A stretch of 64,000 nt of DNA from NCBI GenBank assembly GCA_003670455.1, contig QWRK01000001.1, forward strand, positions 15,914-79,913. The letters are read 5' to 3'. The stretch is from Candidatus Aquidulcis sp. GTDB taxonomy: Bacteria; Chloroflexota; Limnocylindria; Limnocylindrales; Limnocylindraceae. The position numbers were made by a program, and so were the translations under genes. Positions 20,876 to 31,884 of the stretch are shown piece after piece. The notes under the pieces are model-generated. The model saw nothing but the letters and a program-made list of their open reading frames with translations. It did not search any database and was not told the DNA's origin. Position 1 is the stretch's first letter, and the number at the start of each line of letters is the position of its first letter.

Positions 20876-21808
20876 ATGGCGCGAGTCTTTCTCACCGGTG
20901 CAACGGGATTCGTGGGGAGCCACGTGCTCCCAGCGCTCCTCAGCGCGGGACACTCCGTGACGGCACTCGTACGCAGCGATGCACGAGCGACGGCGCTTCT
21001 GGCACGCGTTGCCGCCTCCCCAGGAAAACTGGAAACCAGGATTGGAACGGTGAACGATCGCGCGTCGCTCGACGCAGCGATGGCTGGCTGCGACGCGGTG
21101 GTGCACCTTGTGGCACTACCACGCGACTGGAACGACGGCGCCGACCTTGAGCGCGTCAATGCCGTTGGTACCGCCACCATCGTGGCGGCGGCTGAGGCTG
21201 CCGGCATCACACGCTTTATTCATCTCGGCGCACTCGGCGTGCAGGAGCGAACAGAGTTGCACTACGCCAGCTCCAAGGCGCGCGGCGAAGGCTTCGTTCG
21301 CGCCTCATCCCTCGACTGGACGATCCTCAAGCCGAGCCTGATCTGGGGTGAGCGCGACGGCTTCTTCAACATCGTTGCGGCACTCGTCAAGATTCCCGCA
21401 CCCGCTGTGCCAGTTCCTGGCAACGGGAAGAGCCGCTTCCAGCCGGTTTGGGTTGGCGACGTGGCTCGGGCCATCGTGCAGGTGCTCGACACGCCGAAGG
21501 GGAGCATCAAGGCCTCCTTTGAACTCGGCGGTCCGCGCTACTGGACATACGCCGAGATCACGCGCGAGGTGGCGCGTGCACTTGGGAAGCGCCGTCTCAT
21601 CGTCCCAATGCCAGTACCGCTGATCACGCTGGTGGCGCGCGTCTCTGAGGCGATTCGCCTCCCGTTCCCCGTTGCAACAGATCAGTTGCGCCAGTTGGCA
21701 CTAGATAACATCGGCGCTACGGATGCGGTCGAGCGCGAGCTCGGGTTCACCCCGGTCGATATGGGTGGCCGACTCGGCTACCTGAGGCGCAAGATCAGCA
21801 AGCAGTAG
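20876..21808 (+). CDS. NAD(P)-binding SDR-family protein (NmrA/NDUFA9-like)
   Basis: 'VFLTGATGFVGSHV' Rossmann motif; good SD 'AAGGGAGG'. Confidence 0.7.
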   Translation: MARVFLTGATGFVGSHVLPALLSAGHSVTALVRSDARATALLARVAASPGKLETRIGTVNDRASLDAAMAGCDAVVHLVALPRDWNDGADLERVNAVGTATIVAAAEAAGITRFIHLGALGVQERTELHYASSKARGEGFVRASSLDWTILKPSLIWGERDGFFNIVAALVKIPAPAVPVPGNGKSRFQPVWVGDVARAIVQVLDTPKGSIKASFELGGPRYWTYAEITREVARALGKRRLIVPMPVPLITLVARVSEAIRLPFPVATDQLRQLALDNIGATDAVERELGFTPVDMGGRLGYLRRKISKQ

Positions 21809-21833
21809 GCGTCAGAGGCGCGAGGAGGATCAG

Positions 21834-23426
21834 ATGCGGATCATCATCTCAGCCAAGAGCGCTGCGGCCAAGGCGGGCGTCTTGGTCACCCCAGTCTTTA
21901 GCGATCAGCTCGACGCGCCGCATCTTCGTGAGGCTGACAGCAAGAGTGGCGGACGCATCGCTGCCCTGCGCGCAATCGGCGAGGGGACTGGAAGCCGCTA
22001 CAGCTGCACGTTAACGAGCGCTGGCCGCCTTCCCGCTGATCACCTGCTTCTCGTCGGTGCCGGTGCTCGCGCCGACTTCGGACGACAGGAACTGCAGCGC
22101 TGGGCCGCAGCCGCAACGCGCCGCCTTGCCGGACGCAAGGTCACACGTCTCGCCATCGATGCCACTGGCATCATTGCTGCGCTGACCAGCACATCACCGG
22201 CACTTCGTGCCGAGGGTGGCGCATCGTTCGGCGCGGGCCTCTCTGCGAACGCTACAAAGCAGAGTGATGCTGCGGTGATCGCCGTCGACTTCATTGTGCG
22301 CGGCGTGATTGACGGCTCCTTCCATGAAGGTGTCGGTGGGAAGAGCGTGATTGAAGCGCAACCTGCCGCGCTTACGGTGCTCGAAATCATCGTGCCAAGT
22401 AGCACTGATCTTGCCGCCGCACACGAAGGTGCTCGCCGTGCGGAAATCATTGCAAGCGGTGTCGTGCGCACGCGACGCTGGTCCAACTATCCGGCGAACG
22501 AGATGCCGCCCCTCGGCATTGCCGAAGAGGCGCGCGATCGCGCACGCGCCGTTGGCTTGCGCGCCACGATCATCACCGCCACACAGTTGCAGCGCATGGG
22601 CGCCGGCATGTTGATTGCGGTCGGTAAAGGGTCGAAGAATCCTCCCTGCCTTGTTGTGCTCTCTGGCGGTAAGCCTGGCGCGAAAGATCCGCTCGGCCGA
22701 CGCCTCGCGATGGTCGGTAAGGGCGTCTGCTTTGATACCGGTGGCATTTCGTTGAAGCCACCCGCCGAGATGGAAGAGATGAAGCACGACAAGAACGGCG
22801 CGATCGCGGTCCTTGAAGCTGCAGCAACAATTGCGCAACTTGACCCAGGTCGTCCGATCCACGCCGTCGCGGCGTGTGTTGAGAACATGCCGGGCGGAAA
22901 TGCCACGCGACCAGGTGACGTGGTGACCGCCCTCAACGGGAAGCGTGTCGAGATCACTAACACTGATGCCGAAGGGCGCCTCATCCTTGGCGACGCGCTG
23001 CACTACGCGGAGCGTGAGCTCGGCGCCACGCATCTCGTAGATGTGGCAACGCTTACCGGCATCGCCTATGCCGCATACGGCGGTGAGGTTGCCGCTACCT
23101 GCGGCACCGATGCAGGGTTCCTTGATGAGTTCCACCTCGCCGCGCGCCGTGCAGGGGAGGTCTACTGGCCGTATCCACTGGCAGAGGCCTACGTGAAGAA
23201 CATGTCGACCTGGTCGGCCGACTTCCAGAACTCGGGCTCGCGTGAGGCATCACTGGTTCGTAGCGGCCTCTTCCTGCGCGAATTCGTGACCGTGCCGTGG
23301 GTGCATCTCGATATCGCAGGGACCGCCTATCGACGCGGCGTTGCCCCATTCGCCGGTCGCGGCTCCACGGGGGCGGCACATACCTCCCTCGTTGAGCTGG
23401 CTATGGGGGGTGGCGTCCGCCGCTGA
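21834..23426 (+). CDS. pepA: Leucyl aminopeptidase, M17 family
   Basis: M17 signature 'NTDAEGRLILGDAL'. Confidence 0.9.
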   Translation: MRIIISAKSAAAKAGVLVTPVFSDQLDAPHLREADSKSGGRIAALRAIGEGTGSRYSCTLTSAGRLPADHLLLVGAGARADFGRQELQRWAAAATRRLAGRKVTRLAIDATGIIAALTSTSPALRAEGGASFGAGLSANATKQSDAAVIAVDFIVRGVIDGSFHEGVGGKSVIEAQPAALTVLEIIVPSSTDLAAAHEGARRAEIIASGVVRTRRWSNYPANEMPPLGIAEEARDRARAVGLRATIITATQLQRMGAGMLIAVGKGSKNPPCLVVLSGGKPGAKDPLGRRLAMVGKGVCFDTGGISLKPPAEMEEMKHDKNGAIAVLEAAATIAQLDPGRPIHAVAACVENMPGGNATRPGDVVTALNGKRVEITNTDAEGRLILGDALHYAERELGATHLVDVATLTGIAYAAYGGEVAATCGTDAGFLDEFHLAARRAGEVYWPYPLAEAYVKNMSTWSADFQNSGSREASLVRSGLFLREFVTVPWVHLDIAGTAYRRGVAPFAGRGSTGAAHTSLVELAMGGGVRR

Positions 23427-23466
23427 GTCTGATACTCTGCTCCTAGCGGAGGAGAGGAGGTCATAC

Positions 23467-24915
23467 ATGGATCACTCGCCTGCGCCGACGCACCACACAC
23501 GCTCCTGGCGTGCCCGACTCAGCGCCCTGCTCACCATCCCCCTCCTTATTGTTGGCCTCGGCTTGGCACAGGCTGGACCGGTTCGCGGCGACCCTCTCGA
23601 TGACGCCCTCGCCCAACAGAAGGCGCTCGCCGCACAACTCGCCGCCCAGCAGAAGGCCCTCAACGCACTGATCGCCCAACAGGGCGCCCTCACCGCGCAG
23701 CTCGCCTCAACGAGTGCCGCCCTCGCAAAGAACACCGCAACGCTGACCAGCATTACGACCCAGGTGGCCCAGCTCTCAACCGCTGTGTCGCAGGCACAAG
23801 TTGGCCTGAACAACCTCAATGCTGCGGTGAATGCACTCGACGCGGAGATCAGTCGACTGGTGAAGGCGCAACAGGCGAAGGCCCGTGACCTTGCGGCACG
23901 ACAGGCAATCTTGGCCTCTCGCATTCGCGAGGCGTACATCGCCGACCAGACACCGCCACTCTGGATTTTGCTCTCTGGGCAGAGCTTTACCGACATCCTG
24001 CTCGACATCGCCGGATTTAACGCCCTCGGCGCAGAAGATGTGAAGCTCGCCGACGGCATCAGCCGTGATGCGGCGCGCCTTGCGGCGATTGAGAATCAGG
24101 TCCGTGCGAATCGTGCCGAAACAGAGAAGCTTCGCGCCTCTGCGGCAAAGCAGAAGGCGGCACTCGACAAGCAGGTGTCGCTGCTGAACGCCGCCAAGGC
24201 GAGACTCGCCGCCGCGATCGCTGCCCAGAAGAAGGCGATTGCTGCGCAGAAGGCGGCAATGGACAAGGTGATTGCCGACAAGAAGAGGCTTGCCGCCGCC
24301 GTCGCTGCCCTGAAGGCGGAAGAGGCACGCGTCACCGCAACCGTGAATGCGCTCCTCAAAGGCCAGTTCGGCTCTGGTCTTCCGACCGTCTACCAAGGCG
24401 GCTGGACATGGCCGATCCTGCACAACGGTTCCGGCTTCGTGAAGCCGGTCGGTGGAACTCGCCCCTACATTTCGCAGAAGTTTGGTTGCGTGAGCTGGAA
24501 GATTTACCCGAAGAGCTCAACCTGTCCGAAGGCGTATCCATACCTGCACAACGGTGTAGATATTGCCGCCGCACCTGGCACGCCACTCTATGCGGCCGCG
24601 AGCGGCAAGGTGATGATCGCCGGCATCTGTAGCTACTGCGTCGTGTGGAAGGGGATGCGTCCACTCGCCTGGATCTGGATTGCCCATACAAAGAGCATGG
24701 TTTCGATCTACGGCCATATTGGAGACGGGAAGGTTTCGAGTCAGCCGAAGTGGCGCGTGAAGGCGGGTGAGTATGTGGCGGCTGGCCAGTTGATTGGCTT
24801 TGTTGGCTCAACGGGGAACGTTACAGGGCCCCACCTCCATCTCTCGCTCCTACAGAACGGCAAATACGTCTGTATTCAGAAGTACCTACCTGGGGGAGCC
24901 TGTTCTGCGTACTGA
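23467..24915 (+). CDS. M23-family peptidoglycan metalloendopeptidase with N-terminal signal/TM and ~300-aa coiled-coil region
   Basis: C-terminal 'HNGVDIAA...GPHLHLSL' M23 motifs; Ala/Gln/Lys heptad repeats; start reassigned to ATG 23467 with GGAGG SD. Confidence 0.75.
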   Translation: MDHSPAPTHHTRSWRARLSALLTIPLLIVGLGLAQAGPVRGDPLDDALAQQKALAAQLAAQQKALNALIAQQGALTAQLASTSAALAKNTATLTSITTQVAQLSTAVSQAQVGLNNLNAAVNALDAEISRLVKAQQAKARDLAARQAILASRIREAYIADQTPPLWILLSGQSFTDILLDIAGFNALGAEDVKLADGISRDAARLAAIENQVRANRAETEKLRASAAKQKAALDKQVSLLNAAKARLAAAIAAQKKAIAAQKAAMDKVIADKKRLAAAVAALKAEEARVTATVNALLKGQFGSGLPTVYQGGWTWPILHNGSGFVKPVGGTRPYISQKFGCVSWKIYPKSSTCPKAYPYLHNGVDIAAAPGTPLYAAASGKVMIAGICSYCVVWKGMRPLAWIWIAHTKSMVSIYGHIGDGKVSSQPKWRVKAGEYVAAGQLIGFVGSTGNVTGPHLHLSLLQNGKYVCIQKYLPGGACSAY

Positions 24916-24928
24916 CCGCACCGTTGCG

Positions 24929-26197
24929 GTGATCCTCGCCGGCGGCGAGGGGAACCGGCTGGGCGTTCTCTCGGGGGTTCGCGCAAAGCCCGCCGTACCA
25001 TTCGGCGGCAAGTATCGAATCATTGACTTCACCCTCTCAAACTGCGTCAACAGCGGCATTGATGATGTGCTCGTACTCACGCAGTACAACCCTCGGTCGC
25101 TGACCGACCATATCGGGCGCGGACGCGCTTGGGATCTCGACCGCACGATCGGCGGCGTGCGACTCCTTCAGCCGCAGGTTGGCCGCGGCAATACGGCGAG
25201 CTGGTACAGCGGTACGGCGGACGCGGTACTGCAGAACCTTCGTGAAGTTGTGGCGAGCGGCGCCGATACCGTTCTCGTGCTCGCTGGCGACCACATCTAC
25301 AAGATGGACTACGAACGCTTCCTCACCGCCCATCGACGCAGTGGTGCCGACGTAACCGTCTCCGTGCGCGAGGTGAGCCTCGATGATGCGCGCCGCATGG
25401 GGGTCGTTGACACAGACGAGCGGAGTCGCATCACGGGATTTCAAGAGAAGCCGAAGCGACCGACCAGTCGTCTCGCCAGCATGGGGATCTATGCCTTCAC
25501 CACCGATGCGCTGGCCGCATGGCTTGATGTGGCACGCCCCGACTTCGGTGCCGACGTGCTGCCCGCCATGGTTGCCGGTGGCGCAAAGGTGATGGCCCAC
25601 CGCTTCCGGGGCTACTGGCAAGACGTGGGGACCCTCCCCGCATACTTCGACGCGAACATGGCACTCCTTGAGGCGAAGCCCGAGCTTGACCTGTATGAGC
25701 GCGATTGGCTGATCCTCACCCGGTCCGAGGAGCGCGCCCCCGCGCGCATCGGTGCGGATGCACGGGTCGAGCGTTCGATGATCTCGCACGGCTGCGTGAT
25801 TGAGGGGATCGTGGAGCGCAGCGTCCTGTCACCAGGCGTGCACGTTGGGCGCGGCGCGATTGTGCGCGACAGCATCGTGATGTTTGATGCCGTGATTGGC
25901 CCAGGCGCCGTCATTGATCACGCCATTATCGACAAAGAGGTGCGCATTGGGCGCGACGCACAGGTTGGCGTTGGTGAGCTGCCAGGTGCGCCGAACCGCG
26001 CGAACCCCGAAATGCTTGCGACCGGACTCGTCGTTATTGGGAAACAGGCCGAGGTGCCCAGCGGCGCATCGGTTGGCCGCAACGTGTTGGTGGATGGTGA
26101 GGCGAGCCCGAGCGATTGGCCTGACAGTGGCGCAGTGAAGGCTGGTGCAACGATCAAGGCTGGGCGCACCTGGAACCAGCGCCGCACGGCGCGGTAG
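24929..26197 (+). CDS. glgC: Glucose-1-phosphate adenylyltransferase
   Basis: '[43 protein letters not shown]'; start uncertain (GTG 24929 chosen; upstream in-frame ATG 24794 would overlap M23 gene by 120 nt). Confidence 0.8.
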   Translation: MILAGGEGNRLGVLSGVRAKPAVPFGGKYRIIDFTLSNCVNSGIDDVLVLTQYNPRSLTDHIGRGRAWDLDRTIGGVRLLQPQVGRGNTASWYSGTADAVLQNLREVVASGADTVLVLAGDHIYKMDYERFLTAHRRSGADVTVSVREVSLDDARRMGVVDTDERSRITGFQEKPKRPTSRLASMGIYAFTTDALAAWLDVARPDFGADVLPAMVAGGAKVMAHRFRGYWQDVGTLPAYFDANMALLEAKPELDLYERDWLILTRSEERAPARIGADARVERSMISHGCVIEGIVERSVLSPGVHVGRGAIVRDSIVMFDAVIGPGAVIDHAIIDKEVRIGRDAQVGVGELPGAPNRANPEMLATGLVVIGKQAEVPSGASVGRNVLVDGEASPSDWPDSGAVKAGATIKAGRTWNQRRTAR

Positions 26198-26201
26198 CCG
26201 C

Positions 26202-26711
26202 GTGACACTCCTGAAGGTCGCAGCAATTCCGGCGCTGCTTGAACGGTTCGGCGTTGCGACCCCCGAGCCGCATCGGCGTGATGACGCAACCGTGTGGGAC
26301 CTTGAGCTCGACGGCGAGCGTCGCCGCGCCTTGCGCCTCTCACTGATTCACGACGCACGCCCGGGTGGCGTCATTGTGGTGTGGGCGCATCTGGCGCCGC
26401 CACTCGGTGACGGTCTGCGCAAGGCGTATCGCCGCCTCTTGGAGTGGAACGACAAGTACCTCTTTGCGAAGTTCGGCATTGCCGAAGATGGTCGGCCGGT
26501 CCTCAGCATCGAGCTGCGTGCGGAACAGGCAACGGAGAACGATGTGGTGGAGGCGCTCGCCCGCACGGTGCTGATCGCCGATCGACTCCTCGATGAGACC
26601 GCGGCATGGATCTGGATCGGTGGTCGGATCCCCGCCGACGACGGTTCTCCGCGGCGGAACCAGGCCCTCTTGCGCGCCGTCCCCGATCTCGCCGATCGTC
26701 TGGAGGGGTAG
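26202..26711 (+). CDS. YbjN-like (putative sensory transduction regulator/chaperone-like) protein
   Basis: Family resemblance only ('LLEWNDKYLFAKFGIAEDGRPVLSIEL'); GTG start chosen just after glgC stop. Confidence 0.4.
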   Translation: MTLLKVAAIPALLERFGVATPEPHRRDDATVWDLELDGERRRALRLSLIHDARPGGVIVVWAHLAPPLGDGLRKAYRRLLEWNDKYLFAKFGIAEDGRPVLSIELRAEQATENDVVEALARTVLIADRLLDETAAWIWIGGRIPADDGSPRRNQALLRAVPDLADRLEG

Positions 26712-26746
26712 CCTCCGACCTCTCGCGGCAGGGCTATGCTTCGCCT

Positions 26747-27817
26747 ATGGCTGAACTTGATCGCCCCACGCGACCCGTCCCACGGCCGCTCCCTGCGCTC
26801 TTGACCGGCGAGAACGCCGATGTCTACTTCCTGCGCTCCGAACGCGTGCTGGCTGGTGATGGGCGCAATCCTGTCGTCACGATGGAGGTCTTCTGTCGCC
26901 GCGCTGGCGCGACCCTCTGCGGAATTGATGAGGCGAAGGGGCTCCTCTCCTTGGCGCTCGAAGCCGATGCCGCCGCTGGCAACGCAACGGTCTGGGCGCT
27001 GAAGGATGGCGATCTCATTGAGGCGAAAGAGGTCGTCTTGCGCATTCGCGCGCCGTACCAGTCAATCGCACGCTTTGAGACCGCGTACTTGGGGATGATG
27101 GCGCACGGCACCGGGTGGGCGACCGCCGCCCGCGCCATCGTCGACGCCGCTGCACCGACGCCCGTCATCGCCTTTGGTGCGCGCCACGTGCATCCAAACA
27201 TTGCCGATCGTCTTGACTACGCTGCGATCATCGGCGGCGCAACCAGTGCGTCGACGACGGCAGGGAGCTCGCGCGCTGGTCGACTTCCGGTTGGCACCAT
27301 GCCGCATGCGCTCGTGTTGCTCTACGGCGACACAGTCGAAGCAGCACTCGCCTTTGATCGCCAGATTGAACCTGACGTTCCTCGCATTGTGCTCGTTGAC
27401 ACCTTCCGTGATGAGTCCGAGGAGTCGGCGCGCGTCGCTGCCGCACTCGGGAGCAAACTTGGTGGGGTTCGCCTCGATCGCGCGAGTGAACTTGGCGGCG
27501 TTACCCCTGCCCTCGTTGCAGAGGTCCGCGCCGCGCTTGACGCTGCCGGCGCAACGGCGGCACAGATCGTCATCTCGGGCGGCCTCTCGCTGGAGCGCAT
27601 CGCCGAATTCAAGGCGGCAGGGTCACGCGTGGACACCTATGCCGTTGGGAGCGCGATCTCGGGCGTCCGGCCGATCGACTTCACCGCTGACATTCATGAG
27701 ATCGATGGGCAGCCGATTGGGAAGCGCGGGCGGCCGTCGGGGACCACGACATCGCCGCGGCTCCGCGAGGTTGATCTCGCCGCTTGGCGTGCGGCGCTCG
27801 CCCCAGCGACCCGCTAG
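26747..27817 (+). CDS. pncB: Nicotinate phosphoribosyltransferase family
   Basis: 'PVIAFGARHVHP...LPVGTMPHALV' NAPRTase core; start at ATG 26747. Confidence 0.7.
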   Translation: MAELDRPTRPVPRPLPALLTGENADVYFLRSERVLAGDGRNPVVTMEVFCRRAGATLCGIDEAKGLLSLALEADAAAGNATVWALKDGDLIEAKEVVLRIRAPYQSIARFETAYLGMMAHGTGWATAARAIVDAAAPTPVIAFGARHVHPNIADRLDYAAIIGGATSASTTAGSSRAGRLPVGTMPHALVLLYGDTVEAALAFDRQIEPDVPRIVLVDTFRDESEESARVAAALGSKLGGVRLDRASELGGVTPALVAEVRAALDAAGATAAQIVISGGLSLERIAEFKAAGSRVDTYAVGSAISGVRPIDFTADIHEIDGQPIGKRGRPSGTTTSPRLREVDLAAWRAALAPATR

Positions 27818-27826
27818 GATCTGGCG

Positions 27827-30454
27827 GTGAGCCTGACCATTGAAACCCCAGGAGCCGAGGCCCGAGATGTCTTGACGCAGGTCGAGGCTGCCGCTCGGGC
27901 AGCTGCCGTTTCCGATGTCCGCTATGCGCTCCGACTCGATCTCGCCGCGAACGCGGCAACCTTCCGTGGGCACATCGTTACGCGCTTCTCTCTCGCCGCT
28001 GGGCAGGCTGGCCCGGTCTTCCTCTGCTTCCGCGGACGCACCATTCACAGCCTCACGCTGAATGGCGTGGCCATTGAGTCACCTGAATGGAACGGGTATC
28101 GCCTCACGCTGCCAGCCGCCCGACTGAAGGCGGGCGCCGAGAACCTCCTTGAGGTGTCCTTTGAGAATGCCTACGACACTGGTGGCGATGGCGTCTTCCG
28201 CTTTATTGATCCCGAAGATCAGAACGAGTACGTCTACACGAACTTTGAGCCGTACGAGGCGCATCGCATGGCGCCGCTCTTCGATCAACCTGATATCAAG
28301 GCGAAGCTCTCACTGACGATCGCCGCCCCCACTGCCTGGCAGGTCTTTGGGAATGGCGCTGAGACTGAGGTCAGCCCAGAGGGCCCTGGCGGCACGCTCC
28401 ACACCTTTGCCGAGACCCCGCCGCTTGCGAGTTATCTCTTTGCCTTCGCCGCGGGGCCATTCGTTGGGAAGCGCTTCGAGGTGGCGATTCCAGGCCGCGC
28501 CACCCCGGTGCAGGTCGGCCTCTGGTCGCGTGGATCTCTAGAGAAGCACCTCTCGTACGACCTCTTCCAGAAGATGACGAGCCAAGCGTTCACCTACTTC
28601 GGTGAACTCTTCGGTCGCGAATATCCGTTCGAGAAGCTCGACCACGTCTACTGCCCAGAGTTCAACACTGGCGCCATGGAGAACGTCGGCCTCATCACCT
28701 ATACCGAGCGCTACATCTTCCTGAGCACGCCAACGCCAAGCGACGTGACCGATCTCGCCGAGGTGGTCTTCCACGAGATCGCCCACATGTGGTTTGGCAA
28801 TCTGGTCACGATGCGCTGGTGGGACGACCTCTGGCTCAACGAATCATTCGCCACCTACGCCGCGGCCCTCTGCCTGACTGAAGGGTCGGAGCACACGACC
28901 GCCTGGCAGGAGTTCAACGTGCAGCTGAAGCGCTGGTCGCTGGTTGAAGACGACTCGCCAACGACGCACCCAATCGCGGGCACCGTCGCCGACACGGATC
29001 AGACCTTCTTGAACTTTGATGGAATCACCTACGGCAAGGGTGGCGCGGTCCTGAAGCAGCTCGGCGCACGGCTCGGACGCGCCGGATTCTCTGCAGGTCT
29101 ACGCCTCCACTTCCAGCGACACGCGTTTGGCAACGCCACCCTCGCCGAGTTCCTCGCCTCACTTGAAGAGGGGAGTGGCGTCTCGCTCGCCGACTGGTCA
29201 GCAGAGTGGCTGCGTACCAGTGGGCCCAACCGACTCAGCGCGCTGATTACCCCAAGCGCGAACGGCACCATCGGCAACCTGACGGTCATCCAAGAGGTTG
29301 TCTCGGGCGACAACGTGTTGCGTGAGCACCTGCTGCGCGTCGCGCTCCTCTATCCCGGCGATGGGCAGATGGTCACCATTGAGCCTCACGAGGCCCTGGT
29401 GACGGGGGCACGCACCGACGTGCCGAGCGCCGCCGGGCGGCCACTCCCACTGGCGGTGATCCCAAACCACGATGACCTCGCCGTCGGCAAGCTTGGCCTC
29501 GACGAGGCAACACTCCGCTTCGCTGAGGCGCGACTTGAGGCGATCCCTGACGGGCTCCTGCGCCAGCTCACCTGGATGGCGATCTACGAGCTCGTGCGTG
29601 ACGGTCGATATCCGGCGGCGCGATACGCGCAGCTGCTCATCGATCGCCTGCCACACGAAGTCGACTCCTCAATTGTGCAGGGCGTTGTGGAGTCAACACT
29701 CGGCGGCCTCCTTCTGCGCTATCTCCCTGATGGCGAGCGCGAGCGCTGGGGGAGCCTCATCGTCGATGCCGCACGTGCCCGCCTCGCCCGCGGCGGCAGT
29801 GAGGGGATGCGCATTGTCTGGTCGCGCGTCATGGTGATGGCCTCGGTCACGCCCCGCGATGTTGAGGAGACCTGGCAGGTGGCTGTGGGCGAGACGCCGC
29901 TCGACGGCGTTGACATTGACCAAGATCATCGCTGGTCGCTGCTCGTACGCGCAGCCTCCTTTGGCGCACCGAACAGTGCCGAGCGACTTGCGGCAGAGGC
30001 GCTGCGAGATCCGAGTGACCGCGGCGAGCGCGCACTCCTTGCCGCCGAAGTTGCAACGCCAAACGTTGCCGCGAAGCGAGCCGCATGGGCGCGCATCCTT
30101 CGCTCTGACGGGTACGGCAGCGTACGCAAGACACTTGCCGCTGCGAGCGGGTTCGCCTGGCCATGGCAGCACGAGCTGCTTGCGCCGTATGTTGCCCAGA
30201 TCCCTACGGCGTTCCTGGCGCTCGGATCAGCCGACGCAACGTTTGCGCGTGACCTGGTCACACGCAGTGCCTCCCTTGGGCTCTGGGGATCACCAACATC
30301 AATGCTCGCCGCAGTCGATGCGCTCCTTGCGAACATTGCTGATCCAGCACATGGCATCCCACCGGTGGATGCGGCACGACTGCGACGCTTCGCGCTCCTT
30401 GAGCGTGATGGCTTGATTCGCTTCTTGCGACAGCAGGGCACCAGCGGCAAGTGA
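27827..30454 (+). CDS. pepN: Aminopeptidase N, M1 family
   Basis: 'GAMEN' and 'HEIAHMWFGNLVT...WLNESFA' zinc-binding motifs. Confidence 0.9.
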   Translation: MSLTIETPGAEARDVLTQVEAAARAAAVSDVRYALRLDLAANAATFRGHIVTRFSLAAGQAGPVFLCFRGRTIHSLTLNGVAIESPEWNGYRLTLPAARLKAGAENLLEVSFENAYDTGGDGVFRFIDPEDQNEYVYTNFEPYEAHRMAPLFDQPDIKAKLSLTIAAPTAWQVFGNGAETEVSPEGPGGTLHTFAETPPLASYLFAFAAGPFVGKRFEVAIPGRATPVQVGLWSRGSLEKHLSYDLFQKMTSQAFTYFGELFGREYPFEKLDHVYCPEFNTGAMENVGLITYTERYIFLSTPTPSDVTDLAEVVFHEIAHMWFGNLVTMRWWDDLWLNESFATYAAALCLTEGSEHTTAWQEFNVQLKRWSLVEDDSPTTHPIAGTVADTDQTFLNFDGITYGKGGAVLKQLGARLGRAGFSAGLRLHFQRHAFGNATLAEFLASLEEGSGVSLADWSAEWLRTSGPNRLSALITPSANGTIGNLTVIQEVVSGDNVLREHLLRVALLYPGDGQMVTIEPHEALVTGARTDVPSAAGRPLPLAVIPNHDDLAVGKLGLDEATLRFAEARLEAIPDGLLRQLTWMAIYELVRDGRYPAARYAQLLIDRLPHEVDSSIVQGVVESTLGGLLLRYLPDGERERWGSLIVDAARARLARGGSEGMRIVWSRVMVMASVTPRDVEETWQVAVGETPLDGVDIDQDHRWSLLVRAASFGAPNSAERLAAEALRDPSDRGERALLAAEVATPNVAAKRAAWARILRSDGYGSVRKTLAAASGFAWPWQHELLAPYVAQIPTAFLALGSADATFARDLVTRSASLGLWGSPTSMLAAVDALLANIADPAHGIPPVDAARLRRFALLERDGLIRFLRQQGTSGK

Positions 30455-31128
30455 CCCCCTATCTCTCCGCCGCCACGAAGGCGGCGACAGCGCGGCGCGC
30501 ACTCCTCCTCTTGGCACTCCTTGCGCTGATCAGCGCCGGAACGATCATGGGCTACTTCTCCGTGCTCGATCTCATCGCCATCAACCGGGCGACCGAGGAG
30601 GATGCGACACGCGCATTTGGCACCGTACGCACCGCGAACACGCTCCTTCTCATCGCTGTTCCAATCATCTGGCTCTTTCTGCTGCGTTGGCTGCGCGCCA
30701 GCCTGCGCAATGCGCATGCGCTGGGTGCCGAGCATCCAGCCGTGGCACTGGCTGGCATCGACCGCGCCGTCGCACTCTCTGCACTCCCGGGGCCGCTCAT
30801 CGGACAGCCCGGCCGACTCCTGGTTCGGCACACCAGAAGCCTTGCCGAGGCACACGGCGGCACTGGTGCATCGCGGCCGAGCGCTGATAACGGTTCGGCC
30901 CGTTGGGCTGGTCGCCTCTCACTCCTGGTTGCCCCACTCTGGATCGGCGGGCTGGTCAGCTCGCATACGGATCCCGCTGCGATGATCTGGGTGGCCGCTG
31001 GCTGGGTAACCCTCTGTGCGGTCGCCGTGCTGCTGCGCCAGGCGATCGCCAAGGTGCAGCTCAGTGAAGAGTTGCAGAGCGCTCTCATCACCGCTGAACA
31101 GGTCGCCCGCGCGCGTACGGCACGGTAG
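30451..31128 (+). CDS. Hypothetical membrane protein (paralog of next gene)
   Basis: 4 TM; ATGA overlap with pepN. Confidence 0.45.
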   Translation: MTPYLSAATKAATARRALLLLALLALISAGTIMGYFSVLDLIAINRATEEDATRAFGTVRTANTLLLIAVPIIWLFLLRWLRASLRNAHALGAEHPAVALAGIDRAVALSALPGPLIGQPGRLLVRHTRSLAEAHGGTGASRPSADNGSARWAGRLSLLVAPLWIGGLVSSHTDPAAMIWVAAGWVTLCAVAVLLRQAIAKVQLSEELQSALITAEQVARARTAR

Positions 31129-31137
31129 CCGGCGAAC

Positions 31138-31884
31138 ATGGCCACCCGCCGGCTCCTTCCAAAGAACGAGACCATCTTTACGGGCGCGATCGTCGCCAGC
31201 GCCCTGGTGCTCGCCCTGCGCGGCTGGCTCCTCTTCCGTAGCGGCGACAACATCCTGGCGTACGCCGCAGACCCAGGGGCGGCGGCTGCGGGAATCCTCG
31301 GGGAGCAGCTTGCTCTTGCCGTGCTCCGGCTGATCGCGGTCATTCTCGATGTCGCCGCTGGTCTGGCCATCATCGGTTGGATTGCGCGCCTGCAGCACGA
31401 GGAGATCATCTCGGCGGGAGAGCGCCGGCTCGCACTCCTTGTTGGCGCTCTCCCCTGGACCCCACTACTCCTCGCGCAATCCATCGCCGCACCGCCGGTA
31501 GCGATCTTGGTTTTTGCTGGGCATGCGGTGTGGGTTGGGCTCGCAGCAGTCATCCTGATGCGCGCTCGCACTGCGGGGCTGGTGGCTACAGGCAGCTTCG
31601 CACGAGGGGGCGTGGTTGCGACCGCTCTCCTCTTCGCCTGGCTCCTTGGTGGCGCTGCAGCCCCGTGGGTCTATGCGCAACCCGTTCTTGGAATCTCTGA
31701 AGCTCTCGCTGGCACCGTGCAGTCGCAACTACTCGAGGTCGTTCGCGAACAACGTGTGCGCGGCGTGATCATGATCTTGGGGGGAGTGTTGACCATGATT
31801 GCTGTACTCCCGCTCACGGGAGCAGTACGAAGCGGAACGGCAGCCCTCAACGAGCGCCTGCGACAACTGCGCGAGGAGAGTTAG
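31138..31884 (+). CDS. Hypothetical membrane protein (paralog of previous gene)
   Basis: Similar TM architecture and shared 'LIAVIL...WxxRL' segment. Confidence 0.45.
   Translation: MATRRLLPKNETIFTGAIVASALVLALRGWLLFRSGDNILAYAADPGAAAAGILGEQLALAVLRLIAVILDVAAGLAIIGWIARLQHEEIISAGERRLALLVGALPWTPLLLAQSIAAPPVAILVFAGHAVWVGLAAVILMRARTAGLVATGSFARGGVVATALLFAWLLGGAAAPWVYAQPVLGISEALAGTVQSQLLEVVREQRVRGVIMILGGVLTMIAVLPLTGAVRSGTAALNERLRQLREES

Noticed and set aside
22194-23135. 313-aa minus-strand ORF
   Set aside because: Antisense to pepA, which has the M17 signature.
24794-24928. N-terminal extension of glgC from ATG 24794
   Set aside because: It would overlap the M23 peptidase gene by 120 nt. The conserved GlgC N-terminus begins at 'VAVILAGG', so a later GTG start is more plausible. 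Uncertain without homology alignment.
25037-25789. 250-aa minus-strand ORF
   Set aside because: Antisense to glgC.
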